Source: Octopus sinensis (lineage: Eukaryota). Taken from it: a DNA stretch of 64,000 nt. How positions within the stretch are numbered: position 1 is the first letter of the stretch; each line of letters opens with the position of its first letter. Positions 1 through 11,640 of this stretch are shown piece after piece. The stretch is from positions 30,442,001-30,506,000 of the forward strand of contig NC_043007.1 of NCBI RefSeq assembly GCF_006345805.1, written 5' to 3'. Made by a program: the position numbers and the translations under genes. Under the pieces are notes generated by a model. That model was not told the DNA's origin. It searched no databases and worked only from the letters and a program-made list of their open reading frames with translations.

Positions 1-213
1 TATATATATATAAAACTATACACCAAGCCACAAATGAATATGTGCACGTGTTATATGCATATCTATAACAAATATATAAATATAGACATATGTGGTGTGT
101 GTGTATATGTGTGTGGATGTACATATATACGCATGCATGCATGCATGAATAATGTATGTATATAAATTTGTATACACACACATCTATATATATATAAATA
201 TATAAATATGTAT

Positions 214-267
<54 letters not shown>

Positions 268-881
268 GTATTTTTTCTCCTCTTCTTGTCCGCTGTCATA
301 CATCATGTGTGTACTTAACATTCGCATAGTCACATATGTGTATGTATGCATAAATGTATAAAGACAAGTATATATGTATTACAAAGAGAAAGATAGAGAG
401 ATTGACAGAGAGAGAGAGGGGAGGAGGAAGGAGTTACAAAGGGGAGTGAGAGACGGAGACAGAGAATCGAGGGGCCAATACGATTTTACTGTATCACATA
501 ACAAGCAATGATTTCGATGGTAATTCCGGTAAAGTTGAAAAGGAATATATTATCAAAGATGAACATAATATCGGAGAGAGAAGAGGCTGAATACATGAAT
601 ATTAAAGCTACTCTATCTAACAGGTGAATGGAGAGTCTCTTCAAACGTAGTAAGACGCTGAATCAAATATTTACCTGTATATGTTAGGTGTAAGATAGAC
701 ATTAAATGCATTTCGCCGAAGAATCTGAGAACAACAGTGTTTGTTTCAACTAGACAAAATTCATGTTGTAATCTATCCATCTGCAGCTTTCTTATCTTTG
801 TATATAAAGTATTTCATAGTCTTGAGTAACACAAAGGATACAAAAGCATGTGATAATATTTGCTTCTGAGAAACATTGCAT

Positions 882-915
<34 letters not shown>

Positions 916-1297
916 GGGCCTCGTGCGTTTTTTTTTATATTATGGAGAATAAGATACAGATAGAGAACAAAGTGGAAGAGATAAAAAGTGAGATATTGTT
1001 AGAAATATAGAGCGGAATGAGAGGGAGTGAGAGAGAAAGAGACAGGTACAGGAGAGAGAGAGAGGGGAAGATAAGGGAGAGGATGAGTGGGAGAGGTGAA
1101 GAAATATTCCAACGTTCTTTATATCTATGTAAATAAACACAGAAATATAGAAAAAAAGCAATATGACTCAGAATCAATATCTGATTGGTTTTCATTACCA
1201 AGTCTAATATTTGTTTGATTTACTGCTCGGATGACTAGTGTGAATATGTCTGTCTGTCTGTCTATATCGCGAAATACACACATACACACACACACAC

Positions 1298-1329
<32 letters not shown>

Positions 1330-1401
1330 ATACTAGCACCCTTCGTCACTTAAGTGACGAATGCACTTGTTGCCTTTCGGTTGTAAATTGCAAATATCCA
1401 C

Positions 1402-1444
<43 letters not shown>

Positions 1445-2040
1445 TGTGTGTGTGTGTATGTATATTATATGTGTGTGTTTATATATAAGTACATGTATAT
1501 ATGTATATATACATACACATGTATGTGTGTATGTATATATATATATATATATATGTGTACAAATATGTATGTATTTATGAATGTATATATATAGTAATAC
1601 CCGATGTAAATGTTGGCTTGTTGGTCGGTTGATTATTCTCTTGCCTTCTCTGTACACGGTTTACACCGCGTACAGATAAGACAGCGGTTCATAGAGAGAG
1701 ACAGAAAGGAGAGAGAGATGATGATGATGATGATGAGTTATAGAGTCAGAGTAGGAAGAGGAAAGTGAGTGAATTTCTAACGCGCACCGTTTTCCTTTCT
1801 CAACATTATGAAGTGGTGACTGCAGGAATAAGAGGTGTTATGAAAAAAGAAATTAAAAGAAAAAACACAAAGATGAGGAAAAAAAAATATTTCCAAAATG
1901 GCCAATTCATTTCAATTTGCTCGCTTGTAAATGTTGAGCAAACTCGCAAGAAATACTTTTTGTTTGCAGTTTGGAAGGAGTTATCAATTTGCAAATTACT
2001 TCCACATCTACTCCTGTATATATGTGCATGAAGGTGTGTG

Positions 2041-2074
2041 TGCGTGAATGTGTGCTTGTGTGTTTATATGCGTT

Positions 2075-2115
<41 letters not shown>

Positions 2116-2847
2116 CTAAATATAATATATACATATATATACATATATACATGCACACACATATATGCATATACATACATATAGATACATACACATATAT
2201 ATATACATATATATACATCTAAATATAATATATACATATATATACATATATACATGCACACACATATATGCATATACATACATATAGATACATACACATA
2301 TATATGCATATATATACATCTAAATATAATATATACATATACATATATATACATATATACATACATGTATTTTTTTACTTTTTATACATACATACACATA
2401 TATGCATATACATACATATAGATACATACATATATATATATATACATATATATATATACATACATATACACACATATATATATATATATACATACATATA
2501 TATACACACACATATATATACATTCATATACATATATATATACATACATATACACACATATATATATATATATATACATACATATATATACACACACATA
2601 TATATATATACATTCATATATATATATATATACATTCATATATATATATACATACACATATATATATATATACATATACATACATATCCATATACATACA
2701 TAAATATATATATATATATATACACATATATAAACATGCATATATATATATATATATATACACATATATAAACATGCATATATATATATATATATACACA
2801 TATATAAACATGCATATATATATATATATATACATATATAAACATGC

Positions 2848-2880
<33 letters not shown>

Positions 2881-2900
2881 TAAACATGCATATATATATA
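2041..2900. repeat. Compound (TA)n/(CA)n microsatellite with higher-order units (~102 nt x3 at 2113/2216/2317; TATATAAACATGCA-anchored units at 2727-2900)
   Basis: CATCTAAATATAAT recurs at 2113, 2216 and 2317; TATAAACATGCATATA recurs five times; followed by (GA)n at 2941-3001. Confidence 0.9.
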
Positions 2901-2945
2901 TATATGCTAGTATGTGACTTATATTTATATATACATAGCGGGAGA

Positions 2946-3003
<58 letters not shown>

Positions 3004-3304
3004 ATTTGGTAACTTCCATGACAAAGACTTAACACGCAGAGTAATATTCTTTGCAATTATTTTTTTCTCCTTTGATGTTGTTTTATTCAGTTCTATTTTA
3101 AGGTAATATTGTTCTTTTAAAAAATTAATATTCATTTCATCATTTAGAATAAACACGAAGACATTTGATAAAAGCTGAGTTGTAATTGCTTTATATATAT
3201 ATATGTCATCTTTCCAGATATTACCCATGCTCGTAGAAAAGTATATTGAAAAACATACCAGTCATAAGACTCATAAAACAAGTGTGTGTGTGTGTGTGTG
3301 TGTT

Positions 3305-3529
3305 GGCGCTGTCGTGGCCATGTGGTAAGTAGCTTGCTTCGCAACAACATGGTTCCGAGTTCAGACCCACTGTTTGACACATTAATCAAGAAACTGCTAT
3401 AGCCTCAGGCCGACCAAATTCATATGAGTGGATTTGGTAGATGGAAACTGAAAGAATCCCTTCATACACACACATTTTCCCCCCATCACCGCTTGACAAC
3501 CGGTGTTGCTGTATTTCCGTTTCCGTAAA
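3305..3529 (+). mobile_element. tRNA-headed SINE family A, 5' part, interrupted by a LINE fragment
   Basis: GTGGCCATGTGGTAAG (A-box-like) and GAGTTCAGACCC (B-box-like), then GGCCGACCAAA...GTGGATTTGGTAGATGGAAACTGAAAGAA, matching the reverse complement of the copies at 23003-23388, 25021-25412 and 43713-44124. Confidence 0.8.
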
Positions 3530-3540
3530 CTTTTGATAAA

Positions 3541-4081
3541 ACTTTTGACAAGGTGGATCATGGTATGATATACCACAAACTGCTTAATCTCGGCATAGCT
3601 GGAAAACTTGGAGAATGGTTACATGCCTTTCTTAAAGATAAAAGTCAGGCAGTAGTGGCCAATGGCAGCACCTCAATTTAAAACACAAATAGTGAGCGGT
3701 GTTCCACAGGGCACTGTTTTGGGGCCACTACTTTTCAATGTGGCCCTCTCGATATGCCCTCAGTTTCCAGGATAACCCTCCTTGCTAGCTACGCAGACGA
3801 TACGAAAGTCTCGCAAAAAATACAGAAACCAAGCTATGTTGCACACCTGCAGCAGGAGTTGGACTCAATTTACAGATGGGTTGAAGATAATAGTATGCAC
3901 TTTAATGCTGAAAAACTCCAAGCCCTGCGCTACCAGCGTCCAAAACTGAATATAAAACTTACAGAGTACACTGGTCCACAGGGAATGCAATCCCAGAGCG
4001 TAAATCAGTGAAGGACCTGGGTATCGACATCGGTGATGATACCTCTTTCCAAGTGCACATTACAAGGATGGCAACAAAGTG
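3541..4081 (+). pseudogene. Non-LTR retrotransposon reverse transcriptase fragment, CR1/L2 group, frameshifted
   Basis: Manual translation across two frameshifts: FDKVDHGMIYHKLLNLGIAGKLGEWLHAFL / IVSGVPQGTVLGPLLF / LLASYADDTKVSQ...IYRWVEDNSMHFNAEK / SVKDLGI. These are RT motifs FDxVxH, GVPQG, YADD and WxxxNxMxFNxxK. Confidence 0.9.
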
Positions 4082-4164
4082 AATTTATAGTCTTATGATT
4101 GCTAAAATGCTTTCGTTTCAAATTAGGCAGAAATATGGTAAATCGCATTAAAAAATATTCAGGT

Positions 4165-4410
4165 GCATGCCTTGCCTCCCAGCCACATAGTTCCAGGGTT
4201 CAGTCTCACTTGTGACACCTTGGGCAATTTCCTCTTACTGTATCTATGGTTAGAACAAAACGTTGTATGCGGATTTGGCAGTCGGAAAATGAACGAAGCC
4301 ATTATGTGTATACAAACGGATGCTAATTCATTCGACTAAATATTTTCAAGGCGGTTCCCCGGTATATCCTACAGTCTAATGATTGACAGAAGCAAAAGAT
4401 AAGAGACAAT
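4165..4410 (+). mobile_element. Degraded SINE family A copy
   Basis: GGGTTCAGTCTCACTTGTGACACCTTGGGCAA and GGATTTGGCAGTCGGAAAATGAACGAAGCC resemble the family A consensus seen in other copies. Confidence 0.55.
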
Positions 4411-4555
4411 TACTTTACAGGGACATTGCATGCACCGTTATGCAAATTAAACTGGTTTCGCGTAGTTTTAGTCTCTATACATTATAAATGGCTATAAGCT
4501 ACTAATCATTTGTTCATAACAGACTGTTGTGTCTCTGCTGAATAGCAGCTAATTT

Positions 4556-4604
<49 letters not shown>

Positions 4605-4640
4605 AAAGCATACATGAAAGCATAAAAACATGCATACATT

Positions 4641-4700
<60 letters not shown>

Positions 4701-4744
4701 GGAGTAAACACATAAATGTGAAACAAGGTGGAAAAAAGAGTACT

Positions 4745-4793
4745 CAAAACTGTCCGACGAGCGGGAACGTGAAACTCCGAGTAACAGCTTTTG
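4745..4793 (+). ncRNA. Type I hammerhead ribozyme fold with variant core CCGACGA (Penelope-like element terminus)
   Basis: Stem I CAAAA-CTGT (4745-4753) pairs with ACAG-c-TTTTG (4784-4793); core CCGACGA 4754-4760; stem II GCG/GGAA/CGT; GAAA 4771-4774; stem III ACTC-c-GAGT; cleavage triplet GUA ending at 4783. Confidence 0.6.
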
Positions 4794-4819
4794 TTGAATT
4801 TCTGCTGCTTTTAAATAAA

Positions 4820-4870
<51 letters not shown>

Positions 4871-4944
4871 ATGTCTAGATATCCAACTATATGCATGATA
4901 CTAAATTCATAAAACATACACACATACATACAAACAAAAATATC

Positions 4945-5031
4945 CTGATGTTGAAATTCCAATTCTTGGATCTAGGTTGGAAACCAGTCCATTCTCTGTT
5001 GACAGGGAATTTTGAAATAAACTGAATAATG
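4945..5031 (-). repeat. Unclassified interspersed repeat (family F), homologous to 63886-64000 (+) and 53698-53728 (+)
   Basis: Reverse complement CATTATTCAGTTTATTTCAA...CTGGTTTCCAACCTAGATCCAAG...ATTGGAATTTCAACAT aligns by eye with 63889-63980. Confidence 0.7.
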
Positions 5032-5099
5032 CATACTTACTCTATAATGAAATCCGCATATGTAAATATGCATATGTATATATATATATTATATATTAT

Positions 5100-5153
<54 letters not shown>

Positions 5154-5874
5154 GATTATACTGAGTTTCATATTATTTAATATTTTGCTTTTGTCGTTTT
5201 CTTCGTCTTGGCTGTGATTAACTGCAAATTGGTCAACATCAAACCGACCTATGATCAAAGCTGTTTCAGCCGCCAGCAACCCGTTCTTTAGACGATTCCG
5301 AGGGCTAAATTTTCAAATTAGCACTTCATTATCTAATATCCAATTGAGTAATTCGAGGGAGGTCTGGCTACTCTTTCTAGTTTTAAAATGGGTGCGTTAA
5401 GCAAGGCATTTCAGTAGCAGAAATAAAATGCGACGATTGTGAGTGCATCGTTTTAGTATCACCGTTTTAACCCTATGTCGAGCGCGAGCCTCGTATAGAG
5501 ATAAAGATAAAAGAACAACACCAACAACAACAACAAAAACAAATTGCTTACATCTTCGTAGGACATTATCTTCAGTGCATATCTTCTTGTATTGGAATTG
5601 TTTTTGCTTCCAATTTCCGCCGCAACAGGAACTTTGAACCATTGATTAAATTATTTGTCTTCAAGAAACTGTCAGAACGAATAATAATGTTGGAATATAT
5701 TGGTTGTGATTGATGGTACAGTTTATTTGTTTTATAGAATTTGAATCAGAATTGGTGAACAATGGTTCCATTGTTTACAAGCTTCCAATGGGCCAAACAT
5801 GGTGTCACTGAGTTCGTTGCATGTCACTTCTTTCGCTTATGTTTACAGTCATCACTGCAAATATCGGTGAACAT

Positions 5875-5927
<53 letters not shown>

Positions 5928-6389
5928 TGTGTGCGTGCGTATATGTACGCACATACATAAATACACATACACTCATATATATATATATATATATGGCCTA
6001 TCTGGCCTGCTCGCTTAGCCAGCGGGGTGGCGTCATTTGAAGGCTAAAACAATGCGAAGCGCATTGTAACCAGCGATGTGTAACAACATCTGATAGTCTG
6101 GTCTGTCACGGTGATCACGGTGATATATATATATATATATATACATTAGCACATATGCATAATTACGTGTATATTGAAACATATACACATACGTATGCAT
6201 ATTTATACATAGATGCATACGTAATGCTCACATAAAGTCATATATACAAGTTGGTGAAGTGACAGGATCTTTAGTGTATCGGAAGCAAAGTGTCCTAAGT
6301 TCAAATCCAGTCGAAGTCAAATTTAATTTTCAACCACCCCTGCTCACCGCCAGGATCAATATAACTAAGGAACGGTTAAATCCGTAATT

Positions 6390-6577
6390 TCTACTCTTCT
6401 CCTCTGGAAGCCATCTACTCGCAATACCAGAGGGCGCACACTCTCCTACCCTGATGTAATCTCCAGGGATACAGGCATCCAGCAACAGGACCTCCGTAAT
6501 GCCATGATGGACCGTGAAGTCTGGCGTAGCATGGTAAATTCCATTGTCTCGACCACGGTCGAACAATGATGATGATA
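6390..6577 (+). mobile_element. RTE-clade LINE 3' terminus with (TGA)n tail
   Basis: Frame STLLLWKPSTRNTRGRTLSYPDVISRDTGIQQQDLRNAMMDREVWRSMVNSIVSTTVEQ* followed by TGATGATGA. LLWxP...GR...AMxDRxxW is typical of RTE ORF C-termini. Confidence 0.8.
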
Positions 6578-7629
6578 AATCCGCGGTTTCCCAGCAAAAA
6601 ATATTTCGGGCTTTGTGACTATTTTGGAAACCATGATTTCTAAATGTGATTTTGTTTATAGCAAAAATGTATCGGTCTCTTTCCTTCCTTCCTTTCTTTT
6701 TGATTTTCTATCTAATTTGCGATTGACTGACTTGGTAGAGATCATTAATTGATGCGGTCCTTGCGTTTCGAGTTCAAATAATACCCGTTTCCATATTGAC
6801 TTATATTCTTCAGGCGGTGGGGTGATTTCCAGTCAAATGTGATCGGTGACACGGTGTTTATTATTTTCTGAAATATTGTCAGTTTCAATGAAAATACTCT
6901 AACATTTGTATTCGAGTACTATCACCTCATTGTTTTCCGACTACATACACCCACACATTCATACGCACACACACATATATTCGCAGACACATTCATAGTC
7001 CCACAAGTATCAGTTCAAATTAATTCTGCATCTATATCTACGACAGTCGTAATAAATATTCGATTCTGTTTTAAAGAAAGTGATAATCTCATTTAATGCC
7101 GACAGAATCCTATTCTCCATAAAAACAAAACCAAATAGTTGACATTACAATATCGAACTATTGGGATTCTTGCCTCTCTGTGGAAATGGCTACTTTCTGT
7201 AGTCATTCCACTTGAAAAAGTTAGTTTCCTTCATCGAAACATATTCTCACGAAATGGAAATGAAACTTCATAAGTAACTGAGAGATAACACATTCAAACA
7301 CATCATAACGCTAAACACACACACACACACGTTTTGTATCTCTCATCCGCATATATCTGTCTACATATATAAGCACAAACATATAACTACACGCTATCTC
7401 TCTTTCTCTCCTTCACATATGTCATCGTTTATATCTACACACACACACACACACACACATACATACATTCAGATACACACACGCATACATACATAAACAC
7501 ACACACATAAATAAGCACACACGTACATACATACATACGGACACATATCTATATATTCATATAGATAATACATATATAGACAGACAGACAGACGGACACA
7601 GACAAATAGATGGCTAGATTAGAAAGGTT

Positions 7630-7663
<34 letters not shown>

Positions 7664-7666
7664 TAT

Positions 7667-7727
<61 letters not shown>

Positions 7728-8077
7728 TGATGTGTGTAAAAGAAAGCTAAATCACTTAGCAGCATCTTAGATATATTTAATGAACAATTTCAGAATTGCA
7801 CAACTTTAAATCACTTCTCACCCAACCCCAAACCTTTTCCTGTCCCTTCTCCATCCCTCCTTTCCACCTTGTTCTCTTTTTTCCTTTTCTGATGAGGAAC
7901 TCTTGTCTTGCATGATCCCTGATGTGATACGATGTGTTAAAACATGCATTGTTATATTTACGGGCGGTCACATATTCTTTATCTCTTGCAAAAGAAACAC
8001 ACGCACTGCATATTCGTTCTTCACTTCAAATTTATTGTCGTTCTTATTTTATGTCCATTGTCTGGAGATGTTTCGTG

Positions 8078-8193
8078 ACACATCCTGTGACCTCTTCAGC
8101 AACTCTCCATCTCACGTAAATTTTGTTCTAGACTAAACAGGACAGAAGGAAACACGTGGGATGGGGAGTCGCTGAAGAGGTCATGGGGTGTGT
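8078..8193. repeat. Fold-back (inverted repeat) element, 40-nt arms, 36-nt spacer; second copy at 11511-11640
   Basis: 8078-8117 vs reverse complement of 8154-8193: 34/40 identical, all six differences transitions. Confidence 0.85.
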
Positions 8194-8221
8194 AATGAAG
8201 GATTTTCAGGCAAAGACACTC

Positions 8222-8257
<36 letters not shown>

Positions 8258-8269
8258 TAATAGTAATAA

Positions 8270-8813
8270 ATGCCCTGATGCAGTACCAAGCAGTGGCTCT
8301 CATGGCTCCTGATCTTAACTGATTGGAAGTGTTTTCATGTACATTGTTTTGTCTTGGTATAAAAGATGGCCTACAGCAGATATTCTGCACAATACCACAG
8401 ATTTGCTTGTCACTTGTTTGACCTGTTTGAGCATGTCTCTCAGTGGCTGACAATATGTGCATCTCTGATCACGAGCGGAAGTAGTGGGGGAGCATCATAC
8501 CCATGGGTTGAGAGTAATTCTTTGGGGTTTGAATAATTCACATTTTAACATGGGTGTTTTGTTCAACATCCTTAAACAACCCTTACCAAGAGATGTTTTG
8601 AGCGGGATGGGCTACTCAACCTGAAGAAAGTTCTAACTGGGCCCCACCTGCGAGGTCATGCGCTGTTTATCTTGATATGAGATCACCATATCGCGCACAT
8701 ATGTTTCTGATGCATGTATCTGGTGTACCCTTATCACACGGATATCATGATGGGTATACTCGGCTTCGTATATTTTACCCCAGTGTCACTTTGATGGTAA
8801 GCACTGCTCTCTC
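8270..8813 (+). mobile_element. ~540-bp interspersed element (family E) flanked by (TAA)n on both sides
   Basis: Starts ATGCCCTGATGCAGTACC directly after (TAA)n and ends GCACTGCTCTCTC-(AAT)n; inverted homologous copy at 27169-27697. Confidence 0.75.
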
Positions 8814-8842
8814 AATAATAATAACAACAACAATAACCCTAT

Positions 8843-9222
8843 GTACTATAGGCACAAGGCTCGAAATTCGGGGGAAGGGGAATAGTTGATTACACCGACC
8901 CCAGTACTTAATTTCTCGACCTCCAAAGGATGAAAGGCCAAGTTGACCTCGGCGGAATTTAAACACTGAACATATCGGCGGACGAAATATATATTTCTTA
9001 ACTGCCCACAAGGGGCTAAACATAAAGGGGACAAACAAAGACAGACAAACGGATTAAGTCGATTATATCGACTCCAGTACACAATTGGTACTTAATTTAT
9101 CGACTCCGAAAGGATGAAAGGCAAAGTCGACCTCGGTGGAATTTGAACTCAGAACGTAGCGGCAGACGAAATACCGCTAAGCATTTCGCCCGGCGTGCTA
9201 ACGTTTCTGCCAGCTCTCCACC
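8843..9222 (-). mobile_element. SINE family B, internally duplicated (dimeric) body
   Basis: Minus strand begins GGTGGAGAGCTGGCAGAAACGTTAGCACGCCGGGCGAAATGC; GAGTTCAAATTCC B-box-like motif; the block GTCGACTTTGCCTTTCATCCTTTCGG occurs twice in variant form. Confidence 0.85.
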
Positions 9223-9377
9223 TTCACTACAACAGCAATAATAATTAAGCTGAAGTGAAGACCAAGTATATAATGCGTGTGGTTAATTGGCAAAGAATAT
9301 GACCGTCCCAAAATGTAACAGTGTCTGTTCCAACGTACGATTTCTCATCAGGAGTTTTGCAAAAGAAATGCAGAAAC

Positions 9378-9456
<79 letters not shown>

Positions 9457-9630
9457 AATAAGCAAAGTGGTGAGTTGTAAAATGTTTAAAGAGATACGAA
9501 TAGTAACGATATTATGCAGTAACGTTTGTTGCCACTTCTGAGTGGCTGTTCCATAGAGAACTAAGTTATTGGATATTAAGCCCAGGGAAACATCTTTTCC
9601 AGCTGCTTAACGACACTCAACCCGTATATG

Positions 9631-9702
<72 letters not shown>

Positions 9703-9707
<5 letters not shown>

Positions 9708-9993
9708 GCAAAGTCGACCTCGGCGGAATTTGAACTCAGAACATAAATACAGACGAAATACCTATTTCTTTACTACCCACTAGGGGCTAAACACAGAGAG
9801 GACAAACAAGGACAGACAAACGGATTAAGTCGATTATATCGACCCCAGTGCGTAACTGATACTTATTTAATCGACCCCGAAAGGATGAAAGGCAAAGTCG
9901 ACCTCGGTGGAATTTGAACTCAGAACGTAACGGTAGACGAAACACCGCTAAGCATTTCGCCCGGCGTCCTAACGTATCTGCCAGCTCGCCGCC
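9703..9993 (-). mobile_element. SINE family B, 3'-truncated
   Basis: Same head (GGCGGCGAGCTGGCAGATACGTTAG) and body as 8843-9222. Confidence 0.85.
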
Positions 9994-11038
9994 TTTCTGT
10001 AAATGATTATTACACAATATTTGTTTAATTCTGATGTTCCTTCTCTTCAAATCTATTTGCTGAACACATTCCTCACTTAGCCTTTAACTCTTTCATTTTT
10101 ATTTTCATTGCTTTCTGTCCCGTTGTCTGCTTCTTGGAATACTGCCAGTAGATGCCATAATTACGCACATACGAGCAAAACTAAAGAAGGCGCCTCTGTT
10201 TCGTGGCATGATCTACGTCAAATACCAACGAAATCATTTTCATACATATCTCTTATTAGACATTCAAAAGCCCCCAAACCATTAACTTCATATATAGATC
10301 AATTATTTGGCATCAAAATCTTCATCGCGCCAACTGCTCCCTCATCATTGATATAATTCCGCTACATCTATTGTGAATGAAATTCAACAAAAATCAAGAT
10401 GCAAGGCAAGATGGCCATAATTAGAACGCTTATGACCATATACCTGCAGGTCTAATCAGGGTTGAACTGCGGTTAACAATCAATAACGAATAGTAACATA
10501 AATTCGCTCTCTTTAGATCATCTTTTATTCTTATTTCAACATAACAGGCGCAGACTACAATCTTCGCTCTCACTTGGCCAAATATGATCAGAGACTGAGA
10601 AGAGATAATCTCCTCGGCTCCACTTCATTATTCAATGCTGTGTTTTTCAGTTTCTTTAATAAAGATAATCACTCTGATTTTGATAAATTACATCAACCGT
10701 GATTTATTGAGGTGATATTGAGAGTGCGAACTAATGGACACAGCGAAATCTATAAAACTTTAACGACAGAAGTCAGTTGTTTGTGTCGGTAACAATGCGC
10801 AGGAATAATGTCAAAAGCTTCCTCGGGGAAATTACTAAATACTAACCTTTTAAAGATCATTCTGAAATTAGCAGGGTATCTCTCTCTCTCTCTCTCTTCA
10901 TCTATCTATCTATCTACTGGCTTTCTCCTATACTTCTGTGTCTCTAATACTCTCATCAATATGCACATACATACGCCTACACACATACACATATGTATAT
11001 ATTTGTGTGTGTAAACATATATGTGTGTGTATATATGT

Positions 11039-11114
<76 letters not shown>

Positions 11115-11510
11115 ATATTTACATATATGTATACATTAACAGTTCCCTTGAACTCCACATTCCTTGACAGAGGCGGGCTTGAGAAAATTTCCAAGTGAAT
11201 TTTGAAATGGTTTCTAAGAGGAAATATTTAGGCCTGAATTATCCAGTTCAAGTCACGTGAGTGCTTCCCCAAGAGCTGTTGGCAAGTTGAAGCCCCCACA
11301 TGACCTAAACTGGGCAGTGGATTCCATATATATTTTCAACTAATAGCTATTTTCAGCGTTTAAGTATTTGTTTCTCAAGATACTTGCTGTGGAGTCATGC
11401 GTTAAAATAGATATTGCTATGCTTGGGGACGGTCGTATTTTACCAATTAAACACACGTGCTGAATATTTGGTCTTCAGTTTTATTATTTTTATTTGACTT
11501 TTTTTGTCAA

Positions 11511-11640
11511 AACTCTTTCGTTACACATCCTGTGACCTCTTCAGTGATACTTTATCTCACAAAATAGAACAAGCAGAATAAAAGGAAAAACGTGGGATAG
11601 AGGCGTTGAAGAGGTAACAGGATGTGTGACGAAAGAGCTT
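11511..11640. repeat. Fold-back element, second copy of the 8078-8193 family
   Basis: AACTCTTTCGTTACACATCCTGTGACCTCTTCA (from 11511) is near-complementary to TGAAGAGGTAACAGGATGTGTGACGAAAGAGCTT (to 11640). Confidence 0.85.

Noticed and set aside
6783-6813. Minus-strand CTGAAGA...GGAAACGGGTA hammerhead-like string
   Set aside because: Stem II register is off and the sequences flanking the core cannot form stem I.
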